DNA from: an uncultured Mycoplasmatota bacterium
Lineage (GTDB): Bacteria; Bacillota_I; Bacilli_A; RF39; UBA660
Reading direction: 5' to 3'
NCBI GenBank assembly: GCA_900548725.1
Contig: URLV01000003.1
Span: forward strand, 885-64,884
Length of the DNA: 64,000 nt
Shown here: in pieces, positions 28,747-38,027 of the stretch
Layout of the letters: every line of letters starts with the position of its first letter
How positions within the stretch are numbered: the first letter of the stretch is position 1
Made by a program: the position numbers and the translations under genes
Notes under the pieces: model-generated
Databases searched by the model: none
Told to the model about the DNA's origin: nothing
What the model saw: the letters and a program-made list of their open reading frames with translations, nothing else

Positions 28747-29571
28747 TTATGGAGCTACTGTAGTAGTTGTTGTAGTTGTATTATTTTTTACATATTCTTG
28801 TTCGTTTGTAACTGGTTCTGGGTCTACTAAATCTATTACAATTTTACCTTTTATTGTTTTTCCTTGGTCTTCATTTTGCTCTCCACCAATTTCATTAATC
28901 CAAATTTCGAATTCCCAACTATCAGTTGCATGATGTGCACCTAATGTAGAAGAACCAATTAATATTCTTCCTGTTTTGCCAGCTTCAATAAATGCTAATT
29001 TAGTTGGTTTAGTTTGTATATTTCCACTAGCGTCTTTTTCAAATTGATGCATTACATAATTACTGTTAGTAAAATATTGTCCGTTTCCACATATTTCAGT
29101 TGCATCATTACAATTTTTTACCATTTCGCTATCTAATGAATTTCCATTAGCATCTGTTCTATCTCCTTCACTAGTACCTGGTATACCATTTAAAACGTAT
29201 ACAACATTATTTGTTTCAAAATCATTTTCATCTATTTCAAAATAAACATTATATTTATTTCTAACAGAAGTGTCAGTTTGACTATTAACTGTAAATTTTA
29301 AACTGTTTTTAGTAGTATTAATTGCTTGAGATTCCCAACCTGGTCTACCTGGCATAAGTCCTGTATATTCAATATCGTTTTCTCTATTAAATTCAATTAC
29401 TCCTAATACTGCAGACTTAGTAACTACTTCACTTGGCTTATCATTATATCTAATATTTACTGTAAAAAATGCAAATGTTGCTCCTATTACTGCAACTAAT
29501 AAAGTTGCTATACCAATAACTGTTAAAATTATTATTGAACCTTTATTATTGTTATTATTATTCATAAACAT
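28747..29571 (-). CDS. TasA/camelysin-like secreted protein with SipW-type signal peptide
   Basis: The signal ends in VAVIGATFAFFT (compare TasA GGGTWAAF). It continues with TKSAVLGVIEF...GLMPGRPG, like TasA TLDL...NLKPGD. 274 aa with a poly-Thr C-terminus. Confidence 0.6.
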   Translation of the reverse strand: MFMNNNNNNKGSIIILTVIGIATLLVAVIGATFAFFTVNIRYNDKPSEVVTKSAVLGVIEFNRENDIEYTGLMPGRPGWESQAINTTKNSLKFTVNSQTDTSVRNKYNVYFEIDENDFETNNVVYVLNGIPGTSEGDRTDANGNSLDSEMVKNCNDATEICGNGQYFTNSNYVMHQFEKDASGNIQTKPTKLAFIEAGKTGRILIGSSTLGAHHATDSWEFEIWINEIGGEQNEDQGKTIKGKIVIDLVDPEPVTNEQEYVKNNTTTTTTTVAP

Positions 29572-29588
29572 CTTCCTTTACTATAAAA

Positions 29589-29617
29589 ATAGTATCATAA
29601 AAAAAATAAAATATCAA
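29589..29617 (-). promoter_or_regulatory. Candidate promoter of the TasA-like operon
   Basis: Minus strand reads TTGATA, a 17-nt spacer, then TGaTACTAT. Confidence 0.4.
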
Positions 29618-29618
29618 C

Positions 29619-29650
29619 AAAAAAAGTATAACTTTAAAAATTATACTTTT
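29619..29650 (-). terminator. Terminator after the histidine kinase gene
   Basis: AAAAGTATAA / TTATACTTTT form a perfect 10-bp stem, with a T-run on the minus strand. Confidence 0.6.
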
Positions 29651-29783
29651 TAGAAAAAAGGAACAAAAAATAGTGTGAGTTTAAGTTTATATAATCTAAC
29701 GAACAAACGACAAAGTTCAAATAGTAAAAATATTAAAAATTTCCTTTTTTCTATGTTAATATTATTATATCTTTGTGAATTTT

Positions 29784-31166
29784 TTATGAAATTTTTGTTA
29801 TTTCAAAATAAAATGTAGTCCCTTTACCTATTTCACTTGTAACACCATATTTGCATTTATGTTTATCTAGTATATTTTTTACAATAGATAAACCAACACC
29901 GGTTCCAACTTTATTTCTTTTATGATTTTTTTCATTTTTATAATATTTATCCCAAATTATATTTAATTCTTCTTCTTTTATACCTTTCCCAGTGTCTTTA
30001 ATATTAACTAAGTATGTCTTTTTCTTTTCTTTGACTTCTATAGTTACCGTTAAATCATCACCAGTATAATTAATAGCGTTGTTTACTAGGTTATATATAA
30101 CTTGACTAATTTTGTTTATATCTCCTTTTACAATTGCTTTTTTTGGCATGTTTAGAATAAAATTATAATTTTCTGTTTCTTTTATAATGTTATATTTTTT
30201 TATAATGTTATTTACTAATTCCACTAAATCAAATTCAGAAATATCTAACGTTTCTTTATTTGCTTCTAATTTACTAAGATTTAATATATCATTTACTAAT
30301 ATTGTTAATCTATCTGTTTCATCAATAATAATATTTAGATTTTCATTACGTTTTTCTTCATCATCTTTGTTGATATCTCTAATCATTTCAGCATATGCTT
30401 TAATCATTGTTAAAGGAGTTTTTAAATCATGACTAACATTTGCTAGTAAATCTCTTCTTAATTCATCTGTTTTATTTATTTCATGATTAACATATATTAG
30501 TGAATCACGTAAATCATCTATTTCTTTTATATTACTTTCTGGTATATTTAATTCTCTATTTCCATTAGCAAGTTTTTTTGCTTCTTTTGTAATTTTTATT
30601 ATTGGTTTATTTATTGTTTTAGAAATGATTATTGAAACTACAATTGCTAACAAAATTACTATTAAAGTTATGTATATTAATTGACTTTTTAAAACGCTTG
30701 TTGTACTATCAACATCTTCTAAATTTGTATTTAAGATTATGTATTCGTTATCATGTAATTTTAGATTATATAATATACTTTTTGTATTATTAGATGGATT
30801 GTTAAGTTTTATCATTTCTCTTTTGTCTGTTTTATTAATAAAATTATTAATTATGCTATTTATGCTTCTATTATTTGTACTTAATATACAATTATTACTT
30901 AATTCGTTAAATATATAGATATTGTCATTGTTAATATATTCGATACAGAGATTATTTTTATATGCAATTGATTCTATTTCTTCAATAGTATGTTCATTTT
31001 TTGAAAGTCTATATGCAACTCTATATAAATTATTTATTTGATATTTTTCATAAAAAACTTTTAAAAATAATAATTGGCTTCCCCACATCAACATTAAAAT
31101 TATTATTGAAAAGTGTACTAGCCATTTTAAAGTTTTATTTTGAATGTTATCCTTCTTCATATACAA
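29784..31166 (-). CDS. Sensor histidine kinase (two TM segments, extracellular loop, HisKA + HATPase_c)
   Basis: H-box ANVSHDLKTPLT, N-box NLVNNAINYT, and G-boxes DTGKGI / GTGVGLSIV. Confidence 0.85.
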   Translation of the reverse strand: MYMKKDNIQNKTLKWLVHFSIIILMLMWGSQLLFLKVFYEKYQINNLYRVAYRLSKNEHTIEEIESIAYKNNLCIEYINNDNIYIFNELSNNCILSTNNRSINSIINNFINKTDKREMIKLNNPSNNTKSILYNLKLHDNEYIILNTNLEDVDSTTSVLKSQLIYITLIVILLAIVVSIIISKTINKPIIKITKEAKKLANGNRELNIPESNIKEIDDLRDSLIYVNHEINKTDELRRDLLANVSHDLKTPLTMIKAYAEMIRDINKDDEEKRNENLNIIIDETDRLTILVNDILNLSKLEANKETLDISEFDLVELVNNIIKKYNIIKETENYNFILNMPKKAIVKGDINKISQVIYNLVNNAINYTGDDLTVTIEVKEKKKTYLVNIKDTGKGIKEEELNIIWDKYYKNEKNHKRNKVGTGVGLSIVKNILDKHKCKYGVTSEIGKGTTFYFEITKIS

Positions 31167-31812
31167 ATTTATAACCTACACCACGCACAGTTTTTATAGA
31201 ATCTTTATATTTGCCTAATTTCACTCTTAATAATTTTATATGTGCATCTATAGTTCTATCTTCTGCTTCATATGTGTAACCCCATATCTTATCTATTATC
31301 ATTTCTCTAGTAAATACCATATTTATATTTTTTAAAAATAAATTTAATAAATCAAATTGAGTATGTGTAAGTTCAACTTCTTCATTATCTATTGTGACAG
31401 TTCTAGAAATTTCATCTAGTTTGATTTTTTCAACTATAATTGCATTATCGATTAGTTTATTACGTTTTGTAACAGCTTTGATTCTTGCTATCAATTCTTT
31501 AGGACTAAATGGTTTTGTTACATAGTCATCTATTCCTAAATCAAAGCCTGATAATTTATCAAATTCTTCAGTTCTTGCACTTAAAACAATTATTTTGGCA
31601 TCTGATATTTTTTTTATCTCTTTAATTGCACTATATCCATCAAGTTTTGGCATCATTATATCCATTAATATACAATCATATTTATTTGTTTTAGCAAGAT
31701 CAATTGCTTCATTACCATCACTTGCTTCATCGTATTGATAATTTTCTATTTTTAAATATTCTTTTATTACATTTCTTATTAAAATTTCATCATCAACAAT
31801 TAATATTCGCAT
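31147..31812 (-). CDS. OmpR-family response regulator
   Basis: Receiver domain (MRILIVDDE...DCILMDIMMPKLDG...KPF) plus a winged-helix C-terminus (TVRGVGYKF). Confidence 0.9.
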   Translation of the reverse strand: MRILIVDDEILIRNVIKEYLKIENYQYDEASDGNEAIDLAKTNKYDCILMDIMMPKLDGYSAIKEIKKISDAKIIVLSARTEEFDKLSGFDLGIDDYVTKPFSPKELIARIKAVTKRNKLIDNAIIVEKIKLDEISRTVTIDNEEVELTHTQFDLLNLFLKNINMVFTREMIIDKIWGYTYEAEDRTIDAHIKLLRVKLGKYKDSIKTVRGVGYKFVYEEG

Positions 31813-31914
31813 TATATCACTTCCATAACATTATTATACTATAAAACAATTATGAAATTAATATGAAAAATAATTATTAAAATAATATTACTTATGCTAT
31901 ACTAATTGTAGGAT

Positions 31915-32349
31915 GTGGTAGATGTGGATAACAATTATTGTACTAATTGTGGTAATAAACTAGAAAATAATGAAAATTTTTGTACTAAGTGTGGCTCTGC
32001 AAATAAAAATAATAATATAATTTTTAATAATAGTAGCAACGGAAATATATTAGGATTTATTAGTTTAGGTTTGTATTTTGGTAGTGGAATATTATATTTT
32101 TTCATTGATTTAAATTCTATTAACAACACTATGATAAATTATTGGCTTAGCTATTTGTTAGCATTTTGTCCTTTAGCTGGTATTGTTGTTATGATAGTAG
32201 GAAGAGTCAAATATCCTAGCAATAAATTATTAAAAATAAGTATGTGGATAATAATTGTTTCTGTTTTGATTATTATTGTTTTGATGATATTTTTTATAAT
32301 ATTGTGGTATATTACTTGCAATTCAATTATTGTGCATAATTGTGGGTAA
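31915..32349 (+). CDS. Zinc-ribbon membrane protein
   Basis: N-terminal CTNCG...CTKCG double CxxC ribbon followed by 3-4 TM segments. Confidence 0.5.
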   Translation: MVDVDNNYCTNCGNKLENNENFCTKCGSANKNNNIIFNNSSNGNILGFISLGLYFGSGILYFFIDLNSINNTMINYWLSYLLAFCPLAGIVVMIVGRVKYPSNKLLKISMWIIIVSVLIIIVLMIFFIILWYITCNSIIVHNCG

Positions 32350-32357
32350 CTTGGAAA

Positions 32358-33035
32358 ATGGTCATTGATGTATTTCATTTTCCTTTTTATGGTACAATTC
32401 TCATTTTAGCTATATTTTCCGGCATTTTTTACATTTATTACAATTTAAAAAATGATATATGCAATAAAAATTATATATTATATTATTTTATTATGTTTAT
32501 AACATTTTGTTTTATTGGTGCTAAATTTTATACTTCTATCGTTTACTTAGAATCAAATTTATTTGAAGCTGGCTTATCATCATATGGAGCATTGTTAGGT
32601 GTAATACTTAGTAGTATTATTTTTGAAAAAATAGTACCTTTGAATAATAAGTTAATTAAGTATACTATTTTATCATTACCATTAATTTATGGAATTTCTA
32701 AATTAGGATGTTTTTTATCTGGATGTTGTTACGGTATTCCATATAGTGGTCCACTATATGTCATTTATAAAAATAATTTAAATATAAAATTGTTTCCTAT
32801 TCAATTACTTGAATCTATTATTTTTATATTAATATTTATTATTTGTAATAAGTTTAAAACAAAAAAAAATATCGCATATATAACTTTGATAACATGTAAT
32901 ATTTTAAAATTTATATTAGATTTTTTAAGATACGATCATCTTAATATGATCATTACTAAAAATCAAATTGTAAGTTTAGTATTAATTCTTTTGGTAGTAT
33001 TATTCTATAAATATAGAAAAAAAGTTCTTATCTGA
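32358..33035 (+). CDS. lgt: Prolipoprotein diacylglyceryl transferase-like protein (short Lgt family member)
   Basis: SSYGALLGVILS, ISKLGCFLSGCCYGIPY and FPIQLLES resemble Lgt motifs (GR.GCF..GCCYG, P.QLYE). The start could be TTG at 32340 or ATG at 32358. Confidence 0.6.
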   Translation: MVIDVFHFPFYGTILILAIFSGIFYIYYNLKNDICNKNYILYYFIMFITFCFIGAKFYTSIVYLESNLFEAGLSSYGALLGVILSSIIFEKIVPLNNKLIKYTILSLPLIYGISKLGCFLSGCCYGIPYSGPLYVIYKNNLNIKLFPIQLLESIIFILIFIICNKFKTKKNIAYITLITCNILKFILDFLRYDHLNMIITKNQIVSLVLILLVVLFYKYRKKVLI

Positions 33036-33046
33036 ACTTTTTTAAA

Positions 33047-33760
33047 TTATAATTCTACGTTATGATATATTTCTGTGACATCTTCTATATCATCTAATAA
33101 ATTATATAATCTTAGGAATAATTCTTTGTCTTCTCCTTCAAGTTTTATTTTTTCTTTAGGATACATTCCTACTTCATCTATTTCATAATCTATATTTGGT
33201 ATAAAAGATTCTAATGTATCTTTAATTTTATGAATATCTGTTGGATTACATGTTACAACTAATAAACCATCTTCATTTTCTAAGTCAATAATTTCTATAC
33301 CTTCATCTAATAATCTTTCAAATACTTCATCATAATTATCATATTTAAATCCGATTACTCCTAGATAATCATAGTTGTAACTTACACTATTTGTTACCCC
33401 TAAACTTTTATTAACTTTATTAAATGCAGCTCTAACAAAACCTACAGTTCTATTAACATTGTCAGTTAAAGTTTTTATAATTAAAGTACTTGCACCTGGA
33501 CCAAATCCTTCATATACTACAGTTTCATAGTTATCTTGACCGGCTCCTTTTGCTTTATCGATTGCTCTATTTATTATATCGCTTGGAACTTGACTTTTTT
33601 TTGCTTTTTCAACTAATCTTTTTAAATGTATATTACTTTCTAATTCAGGGTTTCCTTTTGCAGCTAAATATATTTCTTTTGCAAATGTACTATATAATTT
33701 TGCTTTTGCTGCACCTGTTTTTTGAATGCTTGCTTTTCTTACTTCATATGCTCTTCCCAT
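33047..33760 (-). CDS. yebC: YebC/PmpR-family transcriptional regulator
   Basis: MGRAYEVRKASIQKTGAAKAKLYSTFAKEIYLAAK... is canonical for the family. ATG 33760 is preceded by AAGAGGAA. The track ORF starts 18 codons upstream. Confidence 0.9.
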   Translation of the reverse strand: MGRAYEVRKASIQKTGAAKAKLYSTFAKEIYLAAKGNPELESNIHLKRLVEKAKKSQVPSDIINRAIDKAKGAGQDNYETVVYEGFGPGASTLIIKTLTDNVNRTVGFVRAAFNKVNKSLGVTNSVSYNYDYLGVIGFKYDNYDEVFERLLDEGIEIIDLENEDGLLVVTCNPTDIHKIKDTLESFIPNIDYEIDEVGMYPKEKIKLEGEDKELFLRLYNLLDDIEDVTEIYHNVEL

Positions 33761-33837
33761 AATAATTCCTCTTTTCAACGTATTTATTATATAAGTTTTA
33801 TATATTTTTTTCAATATTTTTATTAAAAAAGAATATA

Positions 33838-35856
33838 TTAATTTATATATCCTATTTCAATATTACTAGGTTTTGTGTTTGTTTCTATAAATATTTTTTT
33901 TGTATTTTCTGTTAATTCTATACTTGGTATTTCTATTGGGTCTTCTGTTGAAGCCGATAAAGTATACATGATATATGTTTTATTATTTTTCAAATATTCT
34001 TTTAATTCATTGACACTTTTATTAGGCACAATATCCGTTGAAACTACAAACCTTAAGCCATATGTAGCGTTTGTTTGACTACATGAATTTATAATTATCT
34101 TTTTTTCTGTGGCGTATTGAAACCTATTACTATATACTTCTACATCACTTTTTAAAGCATTATATTGGGCACCATTTAATGCAAAGCCTTGATAATTACT
34201 ACCAGATATTCCTGTTGTAACAAGGTTATCATTTTCACTCAATTCTAATAATTTTATATTTCTTACTACTTTTTTATTTATCAAATCAATGTAATCAATG
34301 TAGTTTCCTACTTTTCTTAGTGGCTCATCTAAATATATATTTTTTATTTCGGGCTCTACATAAGGTTCATATTTTGTTGGCGATATACCTTCCTCTAATT
34401 GAATATTTTTTAATTTAACATTGCAATTTCTAAGTGCAGTTGCATAGGTTATTGATATGTAAGATAATGTTGTATTTTCATCCATTACTATTTTAGTATT
34501 TCCAGTAGTTTTTGTTCCTTTGGATGTTAGTAGAACTTTTTTCAGGTCAGTATTATTTTTATCTTTCATAATTACAGATATAGCATTACCTTTTTCTTCA
34601 TCTGAAGAATAAATTTCATAATCAAAACTTAACGTATATTGTGTATTTTCTTTTACGTCTGCTAATATTTTTATTTTATTAATTTGAGCAAAATCATTTT
34701 GTGTATAAGTTATTTCGTTTTCATTATTTAAATATTCTTTGAAATATGTATTTATATCAAATAAATTTTTGCCACTCACTTTAACTGGTATTTTATATCC
34801 ATATTGTTCATAATCTTTAACCGTATCACCTAGTAACAATTGAATATTAGTTATTCTTGATGTATGAGTTTTTGAAGAAACTTCTGGATATATCAAAATT
34901 TTTTCTACTATCTTATTCGATGGGATTTTTATACCAATTCCATTTTTTGCTGGTGAAGAATATGTATTATCAGTATACTGAAATCTCCAAAATGGATTAA
35001 TTTCATCAGTGCTTTCAATATTGAAACTCAATGTATATGTATTTTCTGGTATCAAATTATTTATTGTAGTTGATATGTAATATGTTCCTGTATAAAGCAG
35101 TCCATTTTCAATAAATGTTATTCCATCCTTTGTATAAGGAGTAAATTGTTTATAATCAATCAAATTTTCTGTTTTATCTCCTACACTTTCAATTTCTATT
35201 GGACTATTAGGTGTTGGTATTCCATTTTGTAAACTATTTCCATATATTTTGAAGTTTGTTAATAGTTCTGGAGATGATACTGTCGCATTATTTTCTCCTT
35301 CTGATGTTACTAATTTTTTATTTGTACTTTTTATATCTAATATTTTTACATTTCCTTCAAATTTTTTATTCATATTATCATTTTGTAAATCGTTTGTTTC
35401 TATAAAGTCTACTTTTAATTCAAAGGTTTGTATTTCTTTTTCTTCTATATCATTTACTGCTATTATTCCATCACTACTTGGATATGTTAATGTATTTCCA
35501 TTACATGTTCCATTATTGCTTGTACATTTTAATGTTATTTTTAAATCATTTTTGTCTATAAATTCATTTATTACATTTTCTAAATATACTGTATAATTTA
35601 CTACTTTTTTATTTCCTGTATTTTCTACACTAAATGTTTTTGTTACACTATCACCTGGTTCTAAATTACTTGATGTTATTATTCCATTTCCATCATCGTA
35701 TTTTAATTCTAGATTTGCTAGACTAGTTGTAATTGATTTTGTATTAGTATTACCTTTTATAGTAGTTAAATAATAACCGTATGTTAATCCTACTAATATT
35801 AACGTTACTAAAATTATTCCTGTTATACTTAATGTTATTTTTTGTTTTCTTGTCAT
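33838..35856 (-). CDS. Large secreted protein: SipW-type signal + TasA-like N-domain + ~500-aa C-terminal extension
   Basis: The signal is ...LVGLTYGYYLTT. SNLEPGDSVTKTFSVENTGNKKVVNYTVYL closely mirrors TasA NLKPGDKLTKDFQFENNGS. The remaining ~500 aa are beta-rich with no motif I recognise. Confidence 0.6.
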   Translation of the reverse strand: MTRKQKITLSITGIILVTLILVGLTYGYYLTTIKGNTNTKSITTSLANLELKYDDGNGIITSSNLEPGDSVTKTFSVENTGNKKVVNYTVYLENVINEFIDKNDLKITLKCTSNNGTCNGNTLTYPSSDGIIAVNDIEEKEIQTFELKVDFIETNDLQNDNMNKKFEGNVKILDIKSTNKKLVTSEGENNATVSSPELLTNFKIYGNSLQNGIPTPNSPIEIESVGDKTENLIDYKQFTPYTKDGITFIENGLLYTGTYYISTTINNLIPENTYTLSFNIESTDEINPFWRFQYTDNTYSSPAKNGIGIKIPSNKIVEKILIYPEVSSKTHTSRITNIQLLLGDTVKDYEQYGYKIPVKVSGKNLFDINTYFKEYLNNENEITYTQNDFAQINKIKILADVKENTQYTLSFDYEIYSSDEEKGNAISVIMKDKNNTDLKKVLLTSKGTKTTGNTKIVMDENTTLSYISITYATALRNCNVKLKNIQLEEGISPTKYEPYVEPEIKNIYLDEPLRKVGNYIDYIDLINKKVVRNIKLLELSENDNLVTTGISGSNYQGFALNGAQYNALKSDVEVYSNRFQYATEKKIIINSCSQTNATYGLRFVVSTDIVPNKSVNELKEYLKNNKTYIMYTLSASTEDPIEIPSIELTENTKKIFIETNTKPSNIEIGYIN

Positions 35857-35891
35857 GCTATCAACTACTTTCTTACAATAAATATCTTATC

Positions 35892-35918
35892 AAAAAAAGT
35901 GATGTATTTCAATCACTT
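35892..35918 (-). terminator. Hairpin plus U7 inside the leader of the 672-aa TasA-like gene (also the only terminator after the amidase gene)
   Basis: Minus strand has AAGTGAT tgaaatac ATCACTT TTTTTTG. Only ~35 nt separate it from the start codon at 35856. Confidence 0.5.
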
Positions 35919-36026
35919 AAATGTAAATATGAGTTTTAAATTTCTTTTTATTTGCTAAATCTATTTCATTTATTATTTGGTCTATTAAGAATTCTATTCT
36001 TATAATAAATCCCTTCTTTCAAATAT

Positions 36027-36055
36027 ATTTTATATATTTAAAATTATAAATTCAA
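36027..36055 (-). promoter_or_regulatory. Candidate promoter upstream of the leader of the 672-aa gene
   Basis: Minus strand reads TTGAAT (36055-36050), a 17-nt spacer, then TAAAAT (36032-36027). Confidence 0.4.
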
Positions 36056-36071
36056 TAGATTCGACAAAATC

Positions 36072-37781
36072 TTACTTAAGTTGCCAATATTCGAGTATTG
36101 TATCTGCTATATTATTTCCAATTTTTTCTTTATTTTCCATAATCCATTTTGCATCGTTTAGATAATCATGATGTGCAACTTCAATTAGTATTCCACATGG
36201 CGTATATGTTGGATTTACTTCTGCTAAAGAACCGTTTGCATATTTTACTCCTCTATTAGCTACTGGGTCATCATTTTTGTAATAAATACTAAATAGATTG
36301 TTTTGTAAATTTTGTGCTAAAGAATAATTTTTTGATGTATCATTGTGAACCCATGTTTCAATACCATAAGAAGTATGTTCTTCACTTGCATTAGAATGTA
36401 TTGCTAAATGTAGGTCAACTCCTAAATATGTGCTATCTTGAGTCCATCTATTAATATCTCCAAATTCATTTCTATAGGTTTTTACACCGTAACTTTTTAA
36501 TCTTTTTTCAATATAATTGGTTAAATCGTTCATCTCTTTTTTTTCGTTTGTGTAACCTACTTCAGTTACTCCAATATTATTATTTTGATTTGAAGCAGAT
36601 AAATAAACTTTATAATTATTTTTAGTACCTACTTTAAAATCAAATTCACTTATAATAGAATTATTTTTCTTTTCTTCTATAGCAATAGCTTTTATAGTTA
36701 CATCATTATTTATTTCTATTTCTTCAGTATACTTTTTGCTATCCTTAGTTGGTTCTGTGCCATCAGTTGTATAATATATTTCTGCATTAGAATCAGGATT
36801 TAACAGTTTTATTTTAGTACCTTGTTTTATGTAGTCAGTTTTATGGTTTGTATAAACTGGTTTTAATGTTTCTTTTGCATTTATTGTAAAATTAATTCCG
36901 TTTGTTTTAGAATAATCAATATAATCATAATATGATGCTGTTATTTTAACTTTATAATTTGATGCTTTTTCAAATAAGTTACTTGATAAAATTATATTCT
37001 TATCATGAATTTCTTTACGTCTAATTAACTTATTTCCTTGATATAGTTCTAATTCATAATTACTTGCATTTTCTCCACCAGTAAATGAAATTGGAATATC
37101 ATCATAATTCATCATGTCTCCATCATTTGGATTAGTGAATACTATATCAGATATTGGGCTTTCTAAATTATATATTTTGAGTGTAGATATTATTTTAGAA
37201 TCTTCAACTATATCTAAAGTATATGTACATTTTTCATCTTTAAATAAATTATTATTTATTGTATATGTTTCATCATTAATATTAACAATATTTTCTAATA
37301 CATTATTTTTAGAAATATTTAATTTATAATTTTTTTTCTTATAATCTCCTATAAATTCAACTACGTAATCGTCATTATTATCCATTACTACTGGATTAGT
37401 TTTGCTAAATGTAAGTTCATTCCATACAAATTTATATGTCTCTTTAATACTTTTTTTGTTGCCTTCTTTATCATATGCTATTACAACTATTTTATAAGAT
37501 TCATTATAATTTAAACTATCAAATTTAATTGTAACACTATTATTTTTCGTACTTTCTTTATATATTATTTTATTATCATTGTCATAAACTATTACATCAT
37601 ATTTAGTAGCAACTTTAACTTTATCATAGTATACATAAAAATTAAGACCAACATTTGTAACATTTTTGAATTTGAAATTTGTTAAAAAGCTACCATTGTT
37701 TGTTATAAAAAATGCTATTATAAATGTTGAGGATATAAACAATAATATTATAGATATTAAAGTTATTATGATTTTTTTCAC
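36072..37781 (-). CDS. N-acetylmuramoyl-L-alanine amidase (Amidase_3) with N-terminal Ig/Fn3-like repeats
   Basis: N-terminal TM, Fn3-like modules, a chitobiase-C-like motif (AEIYYTTDGTEPTKDSKKYTEEIEI...TIKAIA), and a C-terminal amidase core (DLHLAIHSNA...GIETWV...LIEVAHHD). Confidence 0.8.
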   Translation of the reverse strand: MKKIIITLISIILLFISSTFIIAFFITNNGSFLTNFKFKNVTNVGLNFYVYYDKVKVATKYDVIVYDNDNKIIYKESTKNNSVTIKFDSLNYNESYKIVVIAYDKEGNKKSIKETYKFVWNELTFSKTNPVVMDNNDDYVVEFIGDYKKKNYKLNISKNNVLENIVNINDETYTINNNLFKDEKCTYTLDIVEDSKIISTLKIYNLESPISDIVFTNPNDGDMMNYDDIPISFTGGENASNYELELYQGNKLIRRKEIHDKNIILSSNLFEKASNYKVKITASYYDYIDYSKTNGINFTINAKETLKPVYTNHKTDYIKQGTKIKLLNPDSNAEIYYTTDGTEPTKDSKKYTEEIEINNDVTIKAIAIEEKKNNSIISEFDFKVGTKNNYKVYLSASNQNNNIGVTEVGYTNEKKEMNDLTNYIEKRLKSYGVKTYRNEFGDINRWTQDSTYLGVDLHLAIHSNASEEHTSYGIETWVHNDTSKNYSLAQNLQNNLFSIYYKNDDPVANRGVKYANGSLAEVNPTYTPCGILIEVAHHDYLNDAKWIMENKEKIGNNIADTILEYWQLK

Positions 37782-37796
37782 ACTACCAACTCCATT

Positions 37797-38009
37797 TTAT
37801 TTAATTAAATTATTAAATCTATTTCTTATATTCTTTTTTATTCTTTTTGTTTCTTCTTCATTTATTATATATTTATCATTTACTAAATCTAATATATCTT
37901 GTTCTTTTATATTATTTGGTAAAAGAGATTTATTTATTTCAATTATTTTTTTTGTGTTTCTATCTTCTAATTTTACTATATCATTTATTATACTCTCTAC
38001 TGTATACAT
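37797..38009 (-). CDS. DUF3006-family small protein
   Basis: 70 aa (IVKLEDRN...INKSLLPNNIKEQDIL). It occupies the classic position immediately downstream of a secreted MBL-fold hydrolase gene. Confidence 0.5.
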   Translation of the reverse strand: MYTVESIINDIVKLEDRNTKKIIEINKSLLPNNIKEQDILDLVNDKYIINEEETKRIKKNIRNRFNNLIK

Positions 38010-38027
38010 AATTTAACCTCTTTCTAT

